This document shows positions 10,790 through 24,151 of a DNA stretch of 64,000 nucleotides, piece by piece. Below the pieces are notes generated by a model, which was not told the DNA's origin, made no database searches, and saw only the letters and a list, made by a program, of their open reading frames with translations. The position numbers and the translations under genes were made by a program. Within the stretch, counting starts at the first letter, position 1. Every line of letters begins with the position of its first letter. The DNA comes from Schmidtea polychroa (taxonomy: Eukaryota): assembly GCA_044892525.1 (NCBI GenBank), contig CM097885.1, positions 30,258,001-30,322,000 on the forward strand. Reading direction: 5' to 3'.

Positions 10790-10991
10790 GTATGATGTAA
10801 TCAACGATTTAAAAGTTTTTTAAAATTATTACATAGTCGACGATTTAAACAATTTAAAATAATATGTAATCAATGATTAAAACAAAATTTAATTATTATG
10901 TAATCGATAGTTAAAAAAAAATTAAAATTAAAAAAAAGTAAGGGGGTCTTTGTGGAGGGGTCTGGATCTGGAGTGCATATAACTACCTACT
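10790..10991 (-). repeat. Probable right terminus/TIR of the Polinton
   Basis: The minus strand starts AGTAGGTAGTT, followed by a GC-rich patch and ~35-bp imperfect subterminal repeats (ATGTAATCAACGATTTAAAA-like). The partner TIR is not seen in the window. Confidence 0.55.
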
Positions 10992-11922
10992 TTCGTATCC
11001 ATGTCATTTCTTATTAAACATTCCTTCTGCACTATATATATATATACACTAGTATGAGAGTATGTGTGTGCGCACTGATTATGTAAAAGAGATTTGAATT
11101 ATTTATATCCAATTAATTTTTATCAATTTTGATGGCGATTTTTTAAAATTTATAGTTTATTTTATTTCTTGATTTTTAAATTTTGTTTAATTTTAAATTA
11201 TTTCGCCGCCATGATAGATATGGCCAATTTCTAGAATATTCTATGATAATTTAATAATTTTATTATATATTCCTATTTCTTTTAATTCCTACGTAATTTT
11301 ATTTAAGTTTTTGGTAATTTGATTTCTAAAGTCTTAAATTCTACTTAACTTAGGAATAATTTTAGGAATATTTTACGTTACGGTCTTTGAAAATTATGAG
11401 TTTAGTAAATAATGTGATGTTCAAATAAATTTTTGTGCAAATATTTTAAGTTTTGTTTGGAATTTTCTATCCATCAGCAAAGGTTTCTAAATTATTCTTA
11501 TTGTCGTAATTTATTATCCACCAATTCATTTCCTTTATATGAAACAAAATGTAGGTCACTGTTTCTTTTATCTATTTCATTTTTCTAAACTTTTCATCTA
11601 TCAAGAATTAGGAAAAATGGACTCCTATTAGGAGTGTAAAAATGCGGATTTGCACTTACAAATAATGAGTTACAATGGCTTTGAAAGGCTTTTGAAGACA
11701 AAATGAGTTGAAGTACTCACATCGTACTAGTAAATCAAAAATCACGAAAAAAATTATAAATTAATTGAGCTCTTGCAAATATGATTTGTCTTTCGTTAGT
11801 GCCAAATTGTTTATAATTTATTATTTTATATTTTCATCCAATAACAAATCAAATAATTTTAAAATTAAAAAAATGTATAACTATTAATAAAATATATTAC
11901 ATGTAATTTAAACAAAATTAAA

Positions 11923-12729
11923 ATGATAAATATTAATGATAAATATAAACACATTCAAACCCTTCAGTCATCAACAAAAAGTGAAGTATATATTGCTGAA
12001 AATAATTCCCAGAACAATAAAAGGAACAAAACTGTAGTGATTAAAAGAATCCACAAATCTGAAAATAGATTATTTGCACAGAATCCAAATTATCCATTTC
12101 GTATTCCACTGGAAATGCATTTTAATCAATTAATTAATGATGATGAAATTTGCCCTAAGATTCTTGATTTCTTTCAAGACGACAAAGAATTTTCAATTGT
12201 TATGGAGCATTTGACCGGTAAATGGGCTGAACTAGGGGAATACATTATGGAGAAAAAGCGACAAGAAAGATGTGTTAAAAGAATTGCAGAAAATGTAATA
12301 ATTGCCATTGAAAAATTAATCGATAAAGGCATTTATCATCTCGATATCAAACCTAGAAATATATTTGTAAATAAAACAACATATCAGGTAAAGATTATTG
12401 ATTATGAAGACGCTCTCTTTGATAATGTGATGAAGTACCCTAAAACTAACAGTTATGCTGGAACAGTTGGATATTGCAGTCCGGAGGTATTACTTCGTCA
12501 AACATTTGATGTGAACAAAAGTGTTGTATTCATGTTAGGCGCTCTAATTTACAAATGCATGGAAAGAAAACATCCATATCTATTAAAAAACAATTTCTAC
12601 ATTAAGGATATAATATTTTATAGGTCTTCAGAAACATTACAAAAGTTAGTTAACAAATGTCTGGATTATAATCCTACAAATAGAATGACCATAAATGAAA
12701 TACGCAATGACATTTGGTTTCAATCTTAA
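11923..12729 (+). CDS. Intronless Ser/Thr protein kinase, PIM-like, atypical motifs
   Basis: VVIK, RIPLEM, HLDIKPRN, IIDYED, GTVGYCSPE, C-terminal PTNR. Confidence 0.85.
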   Translation: MININDKYKHIQTLQSSTKSEVYIAENNSQNNKRNKTVVIKRIHKSENRLFAQNPNYPFRIPLEMHFNQLINDDEICPKILDFFQDDKEFSIVMEHLTGKWAELGEYIMEKKRQERCVKRIAENVIIAIEKLIDKGIYHLDIKPRNIFVNKTTYQVKIIDYEDALFDNVMKYPKTNSYAGTVGYCSPEVLLRQTFDVNKSVVFMLGALIYKCMERKHPYLLKNNFYIKDIIFYRSSETLQKLVNKCLDYNPTNRMTINEIRNDIWFQS

Positions 12730-13199
12730 TTTTGATAATGCTGTGTGGAATGTTTGCAATAAATTATTTGTGATAAGTGATGAAAAAGTGCAGTGAAAGA
12801 AGAGTTTTTAATGATTGATTGAAAGAAACTTTTTAATTCTCATATTTCCCTTGAAATCTCCATCATTTAACTCTCAAAGATAGAAATTCATTAAATTTAT
12901 TATTTTCTAAAAATCATCAAAAATCAAATTAATAAATCAATAACATTTCATTGAATATAGTAATTAGCTAGTGGCGTACGGCAGCACGACCATCCGGGAT
13001 ACATCCTCCCCTCTTCCTTAGAAAAATTCTCCTTGGTCTCAAGGATTTTCAATACAAAATCCGATCCTCGTTAAAAAAGCCAAAATACTTTTAAAGACTC
13101 AAGACTTTTTATACATAGAATTTATGGTCCGATTATTTGATTTTTTTCATCATTTTTCAAGGCTACACTAGAATTTCTAGATAAAGTCAGAAGTGAATG

Positions 13200-13535
13200 A
13201 ATTAATCTCTCACTAGAAAAGTTGAAACTGGATTTTTCTTCTGGTTTCAAAGATATTTTCTGTTTCACTCCGCGGCTTGAAAATCCATTGACATGCGATA
13301 TTTCTATCGTGGCAACTAGCATGCAATTATTAGTAGGATGTGAAGGTGCAGTACAGCTTGAAATAACTGAAATTCATAATAGTATTGAAATACATAATAA
13401 TGCCCTTCGGGACTGACAACCACAAAAATACATTGCCTACTAGTTTCTAAATGACCTATGTTTTTCTGTCGAATTTTCACGTATATAACAATTTTGTAAA
13501 AAGTTATTGATGATGTTTGGAAGCACTTACGTTTT
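13200..13535 (+). mobile_element. hAT (Buster/SPIN-like) transposase C-terminal remnant
   Basis: LENPL..DI...VQLEITEI and downstream LLMMFGSTY dimerisation-domain motif. Confidence 0.55.
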
Positions 13536-16500
13536 AACTATGGTCAACAGTTACGCTCACAGTTTAAAAAAAATGTTATTTTTCCAAAATATATTTATAT
13601 TTTATTTCTCGTTGTATAAAAATAGGGTTAAGATTCTTTTTGACAACTAGGACCCAGGCTTAAGGTTTTTAATTTTGAGTTTATATTTTAAATTTTATTT
13701 AAAAATTATTGTCCAATCAAATTTTTTTTCACTGGAATTTTTTTTAATTTATTAAATTATTTCAAAAATAATAAATATTTTCATTTAATAATCTAAAAAA
13801 ATCAAGACAACCCATACATCAAAATTTCTTTAATTGAGTTTAAAAATCAAGTTCAATAATTAAATATGAGTTATTATTTCCTTAGTCTCCCTATTTTTGT
13901 AACAGTAATTTGACATATATTATCCATCAATTTCCCTGAATGTGTTACAAGATTAATTTATTTATATTCTCATAAGATTGGGCAATATTTCAGTAAATTA
14001 CCGAACAATAATTCGGAATAATTGTGAATCATTTCCCCAGGAAAATCCTTTAAAATGAAATTATTAGAAAATATTTTTACTGTATTTAAAGAAAAAATAT
14101 TTTTGATTTGAGAAAGAGTTTTGTCAATAATTGGTGAATAAACATGCCTACAAATTCCCGGATTTGGGAGATTATTAAATTGACAACAATTTATTTTTAT
14201 TATTAATTTATTTTATGTCAATGAAAACTTTAATAATAATGTAAATTTTAAATGTTAATGTTTTCTGTTTAAAGAAAAAAAATTTATTTTTGATATTTAA
14301 ATTTATTTGACAAATCGGGTACTCATTATCTTAGCAAATTAACTTTTTGGATATTGAAAATTCATAGTGTAGTGCCTGAAACATGAACATTAAATTTTAT
14401 TCAATATTTTTAATTATTTAAATTAAAATTACAAATGCATTATTGATTTAATAAACAAAAATTGTGTTGTAAATATTCACATTTTCTCGCCAAATTGTTT
14501 TTTAATTGATTAAAAGATCAAAATCTGGAATCGCAACAATTGTGAAAAATCATACCGCTTCATCTCAACATCAATATTAATCTGTTTGGTCTTCATATAT
14601 TTCTGTGTCATTAGTGTTCAAAGTTCACCTAATGGAAATATCAGTTCGCATTTGAAGTTTAAAAAAGAAAATCTAAACAATTGTTTTGGAACAATATCGA
14701 TTATGTAGGCTCGTTTGCTTTTGTCAATCTCAGTCACAAAAATGGAACAAATACAAAAGATCATAATTCAGATTCCAACAATTCCAACGATCGCCGTTCA
14801 AACCTTCAAAACTATATTGTATTAGTTAAAAATATATTTCAAATTCTTAAATTATTCTTATGCTCCTGCACATTGTTAGATGTTATTAGAACATCTTCTA
14901 AATTGCATTCATTATCTCAATATTGTTTAATATTTAAACAAATTTTTCGGCATTGAATCAAACAATCTATCAGAAGAATTTAATGTATTAAAATTCAAAT
15001 CGAATTATTTTTTTTATTTAAATTTATATTTTACAATTAAAAACTTATTTTTAATTTAACTTATTTTTGACTTAAATTCATTTTAAACTATTCCGACAAA
15101 TCATCCGAAATATTTAAATCTGCTGAAAACACCACACAGCATAAATTCTTTAAATAATGAACTTATGAATATAATTATCCATTATTAATTTAAACAAAAA
15201 TAATTTATTGATTACATTCACGGACAGCTCATATTCTGCACAATGGATAAAAGGCCTCTGTACATATAGAAATAAATGAAAACTTATTAAATAATCAAAA
15301 TAATCATAAACAAGAAATAGTATTTAGAAACAGTTAAATGTATTTGAAATCATGCTTAAAACAAGAAAGGTCAAGTAAATGGAAAATTATATAGTAAAAA
15401 GAAATATATAGAAGAGAAAATACAAAACCAGAAGATATTTTCAATTCTCCTCCCGACTCAAAACCTGTCAATATGAACAAAGTAATTTTTATTTCATATT
15501 TCCTCGTGATCAGTACGAGGTATCTAACTGGTTTAATGTCTGCAATGTGTCATTGTGTTCCATCTACCCTAGGTTTGTGACAAAATTGATGCCGACCACA
15601 ATTTCAATGGTCCATCAAGTGGTACATATTGTCGGTACCGGCTTTACAACAACCATTTGTCCAATTTTATATTCACAGATTACTAAGTGGTCATTTCAGA
15701 TCCGCGATAAAATCTTCAGTAATACTTGAACTACCCTTCTGACGGGGTTCTGTTTATAGCACTAGTGATATATGTAGATGAAACTTTGTATCAAAATACG
15801 ATATTCTAAGGAACTGCGTAAATATTGGCTGCATGCACTTTATCGTCTGGTGGGTTTTTTACAATGCCGTTATCAGTTTCACATTTTAAAAAATATTTAA
15901 AGCTTTCTATTTTATTTTTATTTTTCACTTTTATAATTATTTCCATGTCAACAGGTCGATTGACTAATAAACCTTAGACTGACGACATATTCCTGAAATA
16001 TTCCTGACAAAGCACCAACTCTTTTCACTTAACCTGGCCCCACATGAAAGTTTGTTTCAATGACAACCATTTCATGTTATTTTATTCTCAACCAAAAATT
16101 CAACAGAATTAATAACAAAAATTTCTAAATGCTATAACCATTAATTTAAATAAATTTATTTAAGAAACAAATACCAAAAATAACTTCTTCCAATATATTT
16201 TTAAATGCAAATTTCAAAGAAAATATCATGCATAAATATTGCGCACAGTATAATAAAATGAAATCTTCTTTCAATTAAAACAAATAATAAAAGTAAAAAT
16301 ACAATGAAAAGAAAATCTTATCTTGAAAAATATTTTTTATTATTTTAATGAACCGATATATTCGTGCATTTTATAATTTTAGATTTTCCTACTGTAAGTA
16401 GATTTATAATAAAATTTTAAATATTAAAATTATTTTTTACTAAAATTTTATATCAGATAAAATATTTATAATATAATGAAATTAATACAAATTCAAAAAA

Positions 16501-16994
16501 AATTTGGAAATTTGATAAGTTTCATTTGATTAATATAATTAATATAATAATTATTGTTAATTCCAAAGTCAAATCAAACTCATAATATTATGATCTCCAC
16601 AGACCCCATGAGTCCAGGTCAATTCAATCTAATCCGGATTTAAACGCCAGGTGGTGATTTTCTGAAGCAATTCAATTTAAACTAGTATCAACTAAAGATT
16701 TTAATTTTTAAACAATATATTAAATTAAATAAAATATTTGAAATGTTTGTAAAAGTCAAACATAAAATAACGGAAAAAAAGAAATTCAATCTATGTTATG
16801 CGCTTGCTTTAATTGCCATATTTTTTATAAAATTTTAAAATCATTTATGTCAACTTTGGATTTTACTATTTGCTCCCCTTCACTTAAGGGCATGCAATGA
16901 GAGGTATATAGAGTGAATTCCCACATTTATTGTAAATATCTAATTAAAAAGTGATAACAAGAAATATTCATAACAGAGTGTAACATTTATTAAA

Positions 16995-17400
16995 TTACAT
17001 ATAATGTTTTAATAAAACTTTTGAAACAAGTTCTATGATGGAGAGATACTAAACGAAATTGGCAAATATATCGAGTATCGCTCCTTTTATTGTTTGCAGT
17101 ACATACTTTACATTTTTTGCATGGCTTTTTTTGTTTCCCTTTGCTGACGAACATGTAGTCTCATATCCCCAGACAATCGTCCTGGTGGATGGTAAGTAGG
17201 AGCACGTCTGGTATCAGTAGAAATTTTGGATTGTGCACTCTCTACTGCATCTTCTTCTGCGTCAGAATCATCACTAGACCAAGTTTTTTGCAATTTGCAG
17301 TAAAAAACCTTTTATTTTATTTTGGCTGTAGTGTTTAAATTTCTGTATACTGTGAATGAATTGAACAGTCCATAATTTATCATTCAAAATACCGCCAATT
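16995..17400 (-). mobile_element. piggyBac transposase C-terminal remnant
   Basis: LFNSFTVY...RLSGDMRLH followed by a Cys-rich tail (CKVC...TRYICQF...TCF). Confidence 0.65.
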
Positions 17401-19656
17401 AATTGTGAAAAGTTAATTTTATAAAATTTGAATATAACAACAAATTGGTTTAAGGGGTCTGTAATGTATTGTTATATTTTATTTTTTTATTGTTTGTCCT
17501 AATTCCATGGAAGTTACAATTTTAGTCACCGCGTGTTGCACTTGGAGAAATTTTTTTTAAAAAACTATATAGCGATAATTTACCATAGTAAATTATCGCT
17601 ATAGAAAATTGAATAAGATAAAAATCAATCGAAAATTCAAAACTAGAAGAAATTGAAAAGATTATTTATAGATATACCTGAAAATAACATTTTTTTTAAC
17701 AATTATATATTTATGAGAAGATCCTTTGAATTATAAAGAAGACGATCAAAGATCTGTTTAGAAAATCCTAGAAAGATTATTTATATATTTGTATCCAAGG
17801 AAAACTAGAATATCATTGAAGAGATTATTTGTATCAAAAGGAAAACAAGGTTGATTAATTAATTTTATTTCAATAAAAGTTGAGGTTAATGTTTCTGTTT
17901 ATTTATACCTTATATAATATATTTGTTAACTGTCAGTATATATATATATATATATATAACATACACGCACGCCAACTGTCCCAAACAATTATTTTTGCGG
18001 AGACTCTGTTGGCTTCTACAATTCTTCTCTACACAATACGACCATATCACCTCTTTACTGAATAAGTCACACAATAGGGTTTTTGTTAATTTAAGTATAT
18101 GTCAAATTTTTTAATTACAATAAATTACCTTATTTTTATTAAATAACTATTTTTGCTTGTAATTTTCGTTTGATAGAGTAGATTGTATATAGTATATAAC
18201 ATGTTCAATAAAAAACGTAATTGTCTATAAAATCTTATTTCTTTAACATTTTAAGTGCATATTACAGATATATTCGTCAAAGATAAGATCTTTTCTCTGT
18301 CATTATGACGGATATATCCGTAATGTAGAAATTTAAGTAAATCTCTATGAGCTGGACTTAAATGTCAATCAACTTGCATTCTTTTGGTATTAAGTGTATA
18401 CATCTGGTTTCGTGGGATAGTATCATATATAATATAATAAAGTCAATGAGTTTCTATTATAGAAACATACAGACTTGCCTGTGTATTGATTTTTGTTGTT
18501 GCATGGAATAAGATCATTTAATATAGAAATGTTTAGATAATGAATAAGACATATATATCCGCAAGTGGTGAAAATCTCTTCCAATTGTGATGTACATTAT
18601 CATTTAATGCTTGAGGTTCTTAAGAGGTTAAATCAAACATAAAAAGTTGTTTCTATATTCAACAGTTTTATTTTTAATTATTTAGCTATCTTTGATGAAA
18701 GAATTATTTAAAACACATATTTATTGCGTAAATATTGTATCAAACCCTCATTAATACCATACGCTAATGATTCCTGTTTTATATCCCTTAAAACAATCAT
18801 TTAATCACATCCAAAAGTTACACGAGATGCATTCATATCTTGATTGTTTTCTTCATTTTCCATAGGAAATTGTGTGAGTAAATACAATATATTCGTAGAA
18901 CTCATTTAATGACATCGGTGCAATGATGAAAATGGTTGTGATCCTCAAGAGTTAAATCAAATACTTCTGGCATAAGTAGAATACTGTATGCTCTTTGGGT
19001 CATTAGCAATTTTGGGACAATTACATAGACATGAGCCTTTTCTAATTTTTTATTTATCATTTCAAAATATTTACTTGATTGAAAAGAGCAACATTGGGCA
19101 TTTAACAGAATTCAGACACATTATAGTCACTGACCTTGCTAATTTATCTTTCAGAATAAAGTTTTCAAACATAAAAATCAAAAATGAATGATCAAAATAA
19201 ATTTCAATCCTTTAATAATATCAAAACAATTTCATTTCAAAATACAAAAAGATGTCTTAATTGATGTCAAGAAAAATTCAACAAAGATATTTTTTGTGAT
19301 TTATTGCTGTGTATTATTTTCTTGATTTAATTACTCTTACAAGAGAATCTTAGTTTCTTTTTTCCTGTTGATATTAAAAGTCACTGAACATGGCACATCT
19401 TTCAGGAGAAAATTTATTAGATTATGTGTCTATCATCCTTTTTATTTTTTTCAAAGCAAGCATGCATGCAATGAAGATTATGAAAAATAAATTTTAAATT
19501 TTTGTTTATTCGAGAAAGTTATTTAAATTCATTATTATTCAATGAATATTGCAAAAGAATTTATAAAATAAACTAATTTGTTAAATTATTATTATTATTA
19601 TTATTAATATTATTATAAAATGATGATTGCTTGGTAGCAGCATTTATTATTTAAAA

Positions 19657-19827
19657 CAATAAAATGATAATTTAAGCCTTTTGCTGCAAATAATGTATTT
19701 AATGAAAGAATTTTCGACTATACGATAGTCCTTGTCAATCTATCGTATAATCGTATATCGTATAGTCGAAAATTCTTTCATTAAATACATTATTTGCAGC
19801 AAAAGGCTTAAATTATCATTTTATTGT
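19657..19827. repeat. Fold-back repeat family A (~70-bp perfect arms)
   Basis: The arms are reverse complements; related copies lie near 30830, 36120, 42052, 42333 and 60997. Confidence 0.9.
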
Positions 19828-19832
19828 ATTAA

Positions 19833-19969
<137 letters not shown>

Positions 19970-20212
19970 TTTTATTACATGTTTAATTTACATTCTTTCA
20001 TAAGGAATATCAGATATTTATGCAATTAAATTTTATGAATGAAAATAATTGTCTTTAACTTTCTCAATCTCACTATCAATTGACATTCAAGAAATATCAA
20101 AAAAAGCGAAAATCGTGGGACAGCCAGTTTTAAGATAATATTTTAAGTATGGCTTACAATATGTTTCATTTTATCTACCAACTTTGATTAAATGAAACAC
20201 CAGTTATTGCTG

Positions 20213-20372
<160 letters not shown>

Positions 20373-23300
20373 TAGCAATAATACATATACAAATACATAA
20401 AATAATAATAGTAAACCTTTACTGCCAATATTTAATAAAGGGAAATAAAACAGAAATGACTTTTTGCAATTTTATAGTTGCCCTCTTTTCAAATATTAAA
20501 ATTTATAAATCCTTACAAATGTCGAAATTAAAATATTGAATTAAACTTTATAATTTTCTCCTCTGGCATTAAAACCTTCGTCTTTGTCATAAAATATTGC
20601 ATGCGTTCATAAGAATATTCAGTTTATCGGGGGTTGACAATTTATTTGACAATAATTATATATAATTTCTTTAAAAACTTATGTTAGTAAATTATTGCTA
20701 TTATTATTCTGTCTGTAAATATGGTACATTGATCTGGGTAGAAAAAAGTCTCATAAAAGATTTGTTATGTAAGACGTAAACATGATTTTTAACTTATATT
20801 TTCTCAGTTTTTTATGATTGAAGTAAAAATTTTAAAAATGTGAGAATATATGAAAGGAAATTATATGAAATTAAAATCTGAATTATTTAAAGAGTATTTG
20901 AAATTTTTATTAGAAATCATTTTAAAATTGTTATATATTTGGTTGATGCGAGTGTTTTTTTACAAATTGCTTTGTTGAAATTACCGTTTCTTAATTTTTA
21001 CAGTTCATGTCTTGAAGATGAAAACATCTGAAGAATATTTGTTTAAATATCGTATAATTTTACGCATATTGTCGACAAGAATATTTTTTGTATTTTAAGT
21101 CTTTTAACTATTAGAAACGGAATCTATTTGGAATTCCTAAGACTGCAATGTATTTGCGTCGTACAATTAAAACATAATCTTGGAGTTTTATACATCTCTT
21201 TACTTTTGGTATACCATTTCACATACTTGATAAAGGCTATGCCAAAATTTTGTGCTGCATAGAAAATTAATTTTTGGTCTACAATCTAAGCCTAGTCTTT
21301 GATTATAGGAAAAGGTCGAAGAATAAGGGTCATGACCTTTATGCTAAGTGAAAATTGCGAATATAAGTTATTAATACCAATAAATAAATAGAAATAGCAA
21401 ACGTTTTTAACTGCTCGGAAGATGTAACCTTACTTGTGTCAGGTTGATGTTTATTAATTGTTAATTGATACAATTGACTTCCGCTTTTCCAACCGGTAAC
21501 AAATAATAATTCTGTTAATTGGAATTTATCTAAGAGGTAAAGTTGAACAAAATGAACTGTCCAACAATGAAATATTTATCAAATACATAATGCGTTTAAT
21601 GATATCCTTATAATTTGTTCCGTTTCATTACATCAGCATGAAGAATTTCTTGACATTGAAGTGCATCCTTGACTGATTCTAAGTCAATTTCATTGTTTGA
21701 TTAAGACGAAATAGGAAGAAACAATCAAATTGAATTGTTTTAATAGGCATGTTTAATTATTCAATTCTCCTTCATTTAGGCTCTCAGTAAAATCACAAAA
21801 TAAACTTAACCTTAATTAACTTTATACTCACTCCTTTTACTTCGTAATCCAACTAGTTCAAAAATAGCTAAAAAATAACAGTGAAGAACTCTCAACAATG
21901 AACCGTAAATTCTCGCTGAATTTGATGTTACTAACCTTGACTTATCATTTTGTCGAGGGGTGACATGACGTGTTGCAACTTGTACAAGTCAGAACTAAGG
22001 AAAATATTTCAAGAAATATTTAATAATTACTTTCATTTTTTAATAGAAACAGGCTGATGCTGTATTTCTCTTCCCGATATAACTTATATTAACATTTGTG
22101 GATGTCAATATACAATTTTAATTTTTGAGAGAGGGCGGCATATTGTTAATTTTTTTTTAATTGTTTATTCTAAGTTGTTCAGTTTGTATAAATCTAATAG
22201 TTTTTCCATGTCAATGTGGAAACTTAATTTATATTGAATGCAACTTTGTCATGTTTTGTCATATTAAGTCGCGTGAGATCCAAAGAACCCAAAATTTAAG
22301 AAATGAAGCATTTTAGTAATTTGTAATTATTTTGAGGTTTCGTCAAGTTGATAAAAAAAGTAATCAAATTAGAGGACTACGAGAAAGGCACTAAGAATCA
22401 ATTAGAAAGTAATTAAACAGTAATTATTATAACTATTGGTTAAAAATCAACATATTTAACTGGAAAAATTGATGAGAGTTCCAAGGAAATCAAATGAAAA
22501 AATTCAAGAAACTAAAAATGATTTGTCTCATCAATCTTCATAAAAATAAAAAATAAAATTCAAATACACATAACTAACATTAGAACTACCAACAAGGAAA
22601 AGTGACGGATTTCACATTATTTTGGTTTAAATTTATTAACATTATATCTAATGCTGTATTTATGATTATTTTTAGTATGACATTAACAACATTTTTGATT
22701 TTCTTTATTTAAGTTCATTAATTCTAATGATATGCTTAACTTAGGTATACCAATCAACTCTGATAGTTATAGTGTTAAAAATTATTTCGTTATATCAAAT
22801 TGGCTTTCTGAAGGAAACCTGAGAAAGAAAGAAATTAATGAGTGCTTACAGTTTATAAACATTGATAATTTAATTCAGATTTGCTTGTTTTGGTAGAACA
22901 TAAGAAGAAATAAAATGCCTATGATTCATCAGAATAAAAGAATCTTTTGGATTTAAAAGTTGATCTAATTATCGGAAAGTCGGATTAGAAATGAAGATTT
23001 TCATAGGACAACCTACCAAATTGTTTACTGAAAAAGAAATTTAATTTTTTTGGTCTTATTTATCTGATATAAGAGAACGAGGAGTGAGAACTTAAGTTAG
23101 TCAAACGGAAATTAACTATAAACCTAAAATTTCGGTATTGTTTTTATTAAAAAGTAGATAATTGTTTGATAAAATATACAATCAATTTAAACAAAATTCA
23201 TACATTTGAGACATAATTTGATATAAATATTGAATTACATTATTTTCAAAATAATATATTATTTCAATAAAAATGAAAATTAATAATTTCACCGATGAAT

Positions 23301-23501
23301 TACATTTCAGGAAAATCCACATCAAGTAAACATGAATTGAAAATATTATTTTTTGCCTCAAAATTCTCTATAAAATTAATGACATATCTTTTCATTTATT
23401 CGCTATTAATTTTCTTAAAAATGTAAATATATATTTCTCTATAAGAAAATTACCAAATGATTAATTCTTTTCCTAAATCAATCGAACTTAATTAATGTCA
23501 A

Positions 23502-23648
23502 TTAAAAATAAAAGATTTAAGTAAATAGTAACAAAAAATTATTTTTTAATTGTTCATTTTTATACATATATTAAAAATAAAAAGATTAAAATTAAGTAAA
23601 TAGTAACAAAAAATTATTTTTTAATTGTTCATTTTTATACATATATTA
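23502..23648. repeat. ~75-bp tandem duplication
   Basis: AAGTAAATAGTAACAAAAAATTATTTTTTAATTGTTCATTTTTATACATATATTA occurs twice. Confidence 0.85.
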
Positions 23649-23709
23649 TAAGAAGTATATTATAAGAACTTTCTTCAATTTTCACGACTGATTTCTTTTC
23701 CATTGACAA

Positions 23710-23910
23710 TGTATTTATTAAAAAGCTTGACTATGAATCAGTAAATATATCGATGTTTTTTTTGATATTCACAAATTTTCGGCACTGCCTTTTTCAAGGG
23801 AATTTGATTTTTGAATCAAAATCACTTGAAAAAGGCAGTGGCGAAAATGTGTGAATATCAAAAAACATCGATATCTTTACTAATTCATAGTGAAGTATTT
23901 TAATAAATAC
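23710..23910. repeat. Fold-back repeat family B (~87-bp arms)
   Basis: Inverted arms 23710-23798 and 23825-23910; related copies lie near 42210, 56725 and 60077. Confidence 0.88.
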
Positions 23911-24151
23911 TATATATATATATATAAATATTTATTACTAAATTATTTATTTTTTATTTATTTATCGATATACTTGTTGATATTTTTATTTATATATTTA
24001 TTTATATATTTCTTTCTTTATTTCTTTATTTAGCAATAGATATAAACCAAATTCTATGTTGTCTCCCATCATTTTCCATTATTAGTTATCTCGTTTTCTA
24101 TTGGTTCAATTTTGAAAATAAAACAAAACAATAACTCAAACACTAAACAAA

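Larger units (their letters stand above)
700..10991. mobile_element. Polinton/Maverick (adintovirus-like endogenous virus), decayed; left terminus not seen
   Basis: Co-located integrase, pPolB, packaging ATPase, protease, major and minor capsid genes; right end reads ...AACTACCTACT. The left boundary is approximate. Confidence 0.93.

Noticed and set aside
21400..21960. Possible Penelope RT remnant (EFDVTNL)
   Set aside because: Only one weak motif; no frame could be reconstructed.
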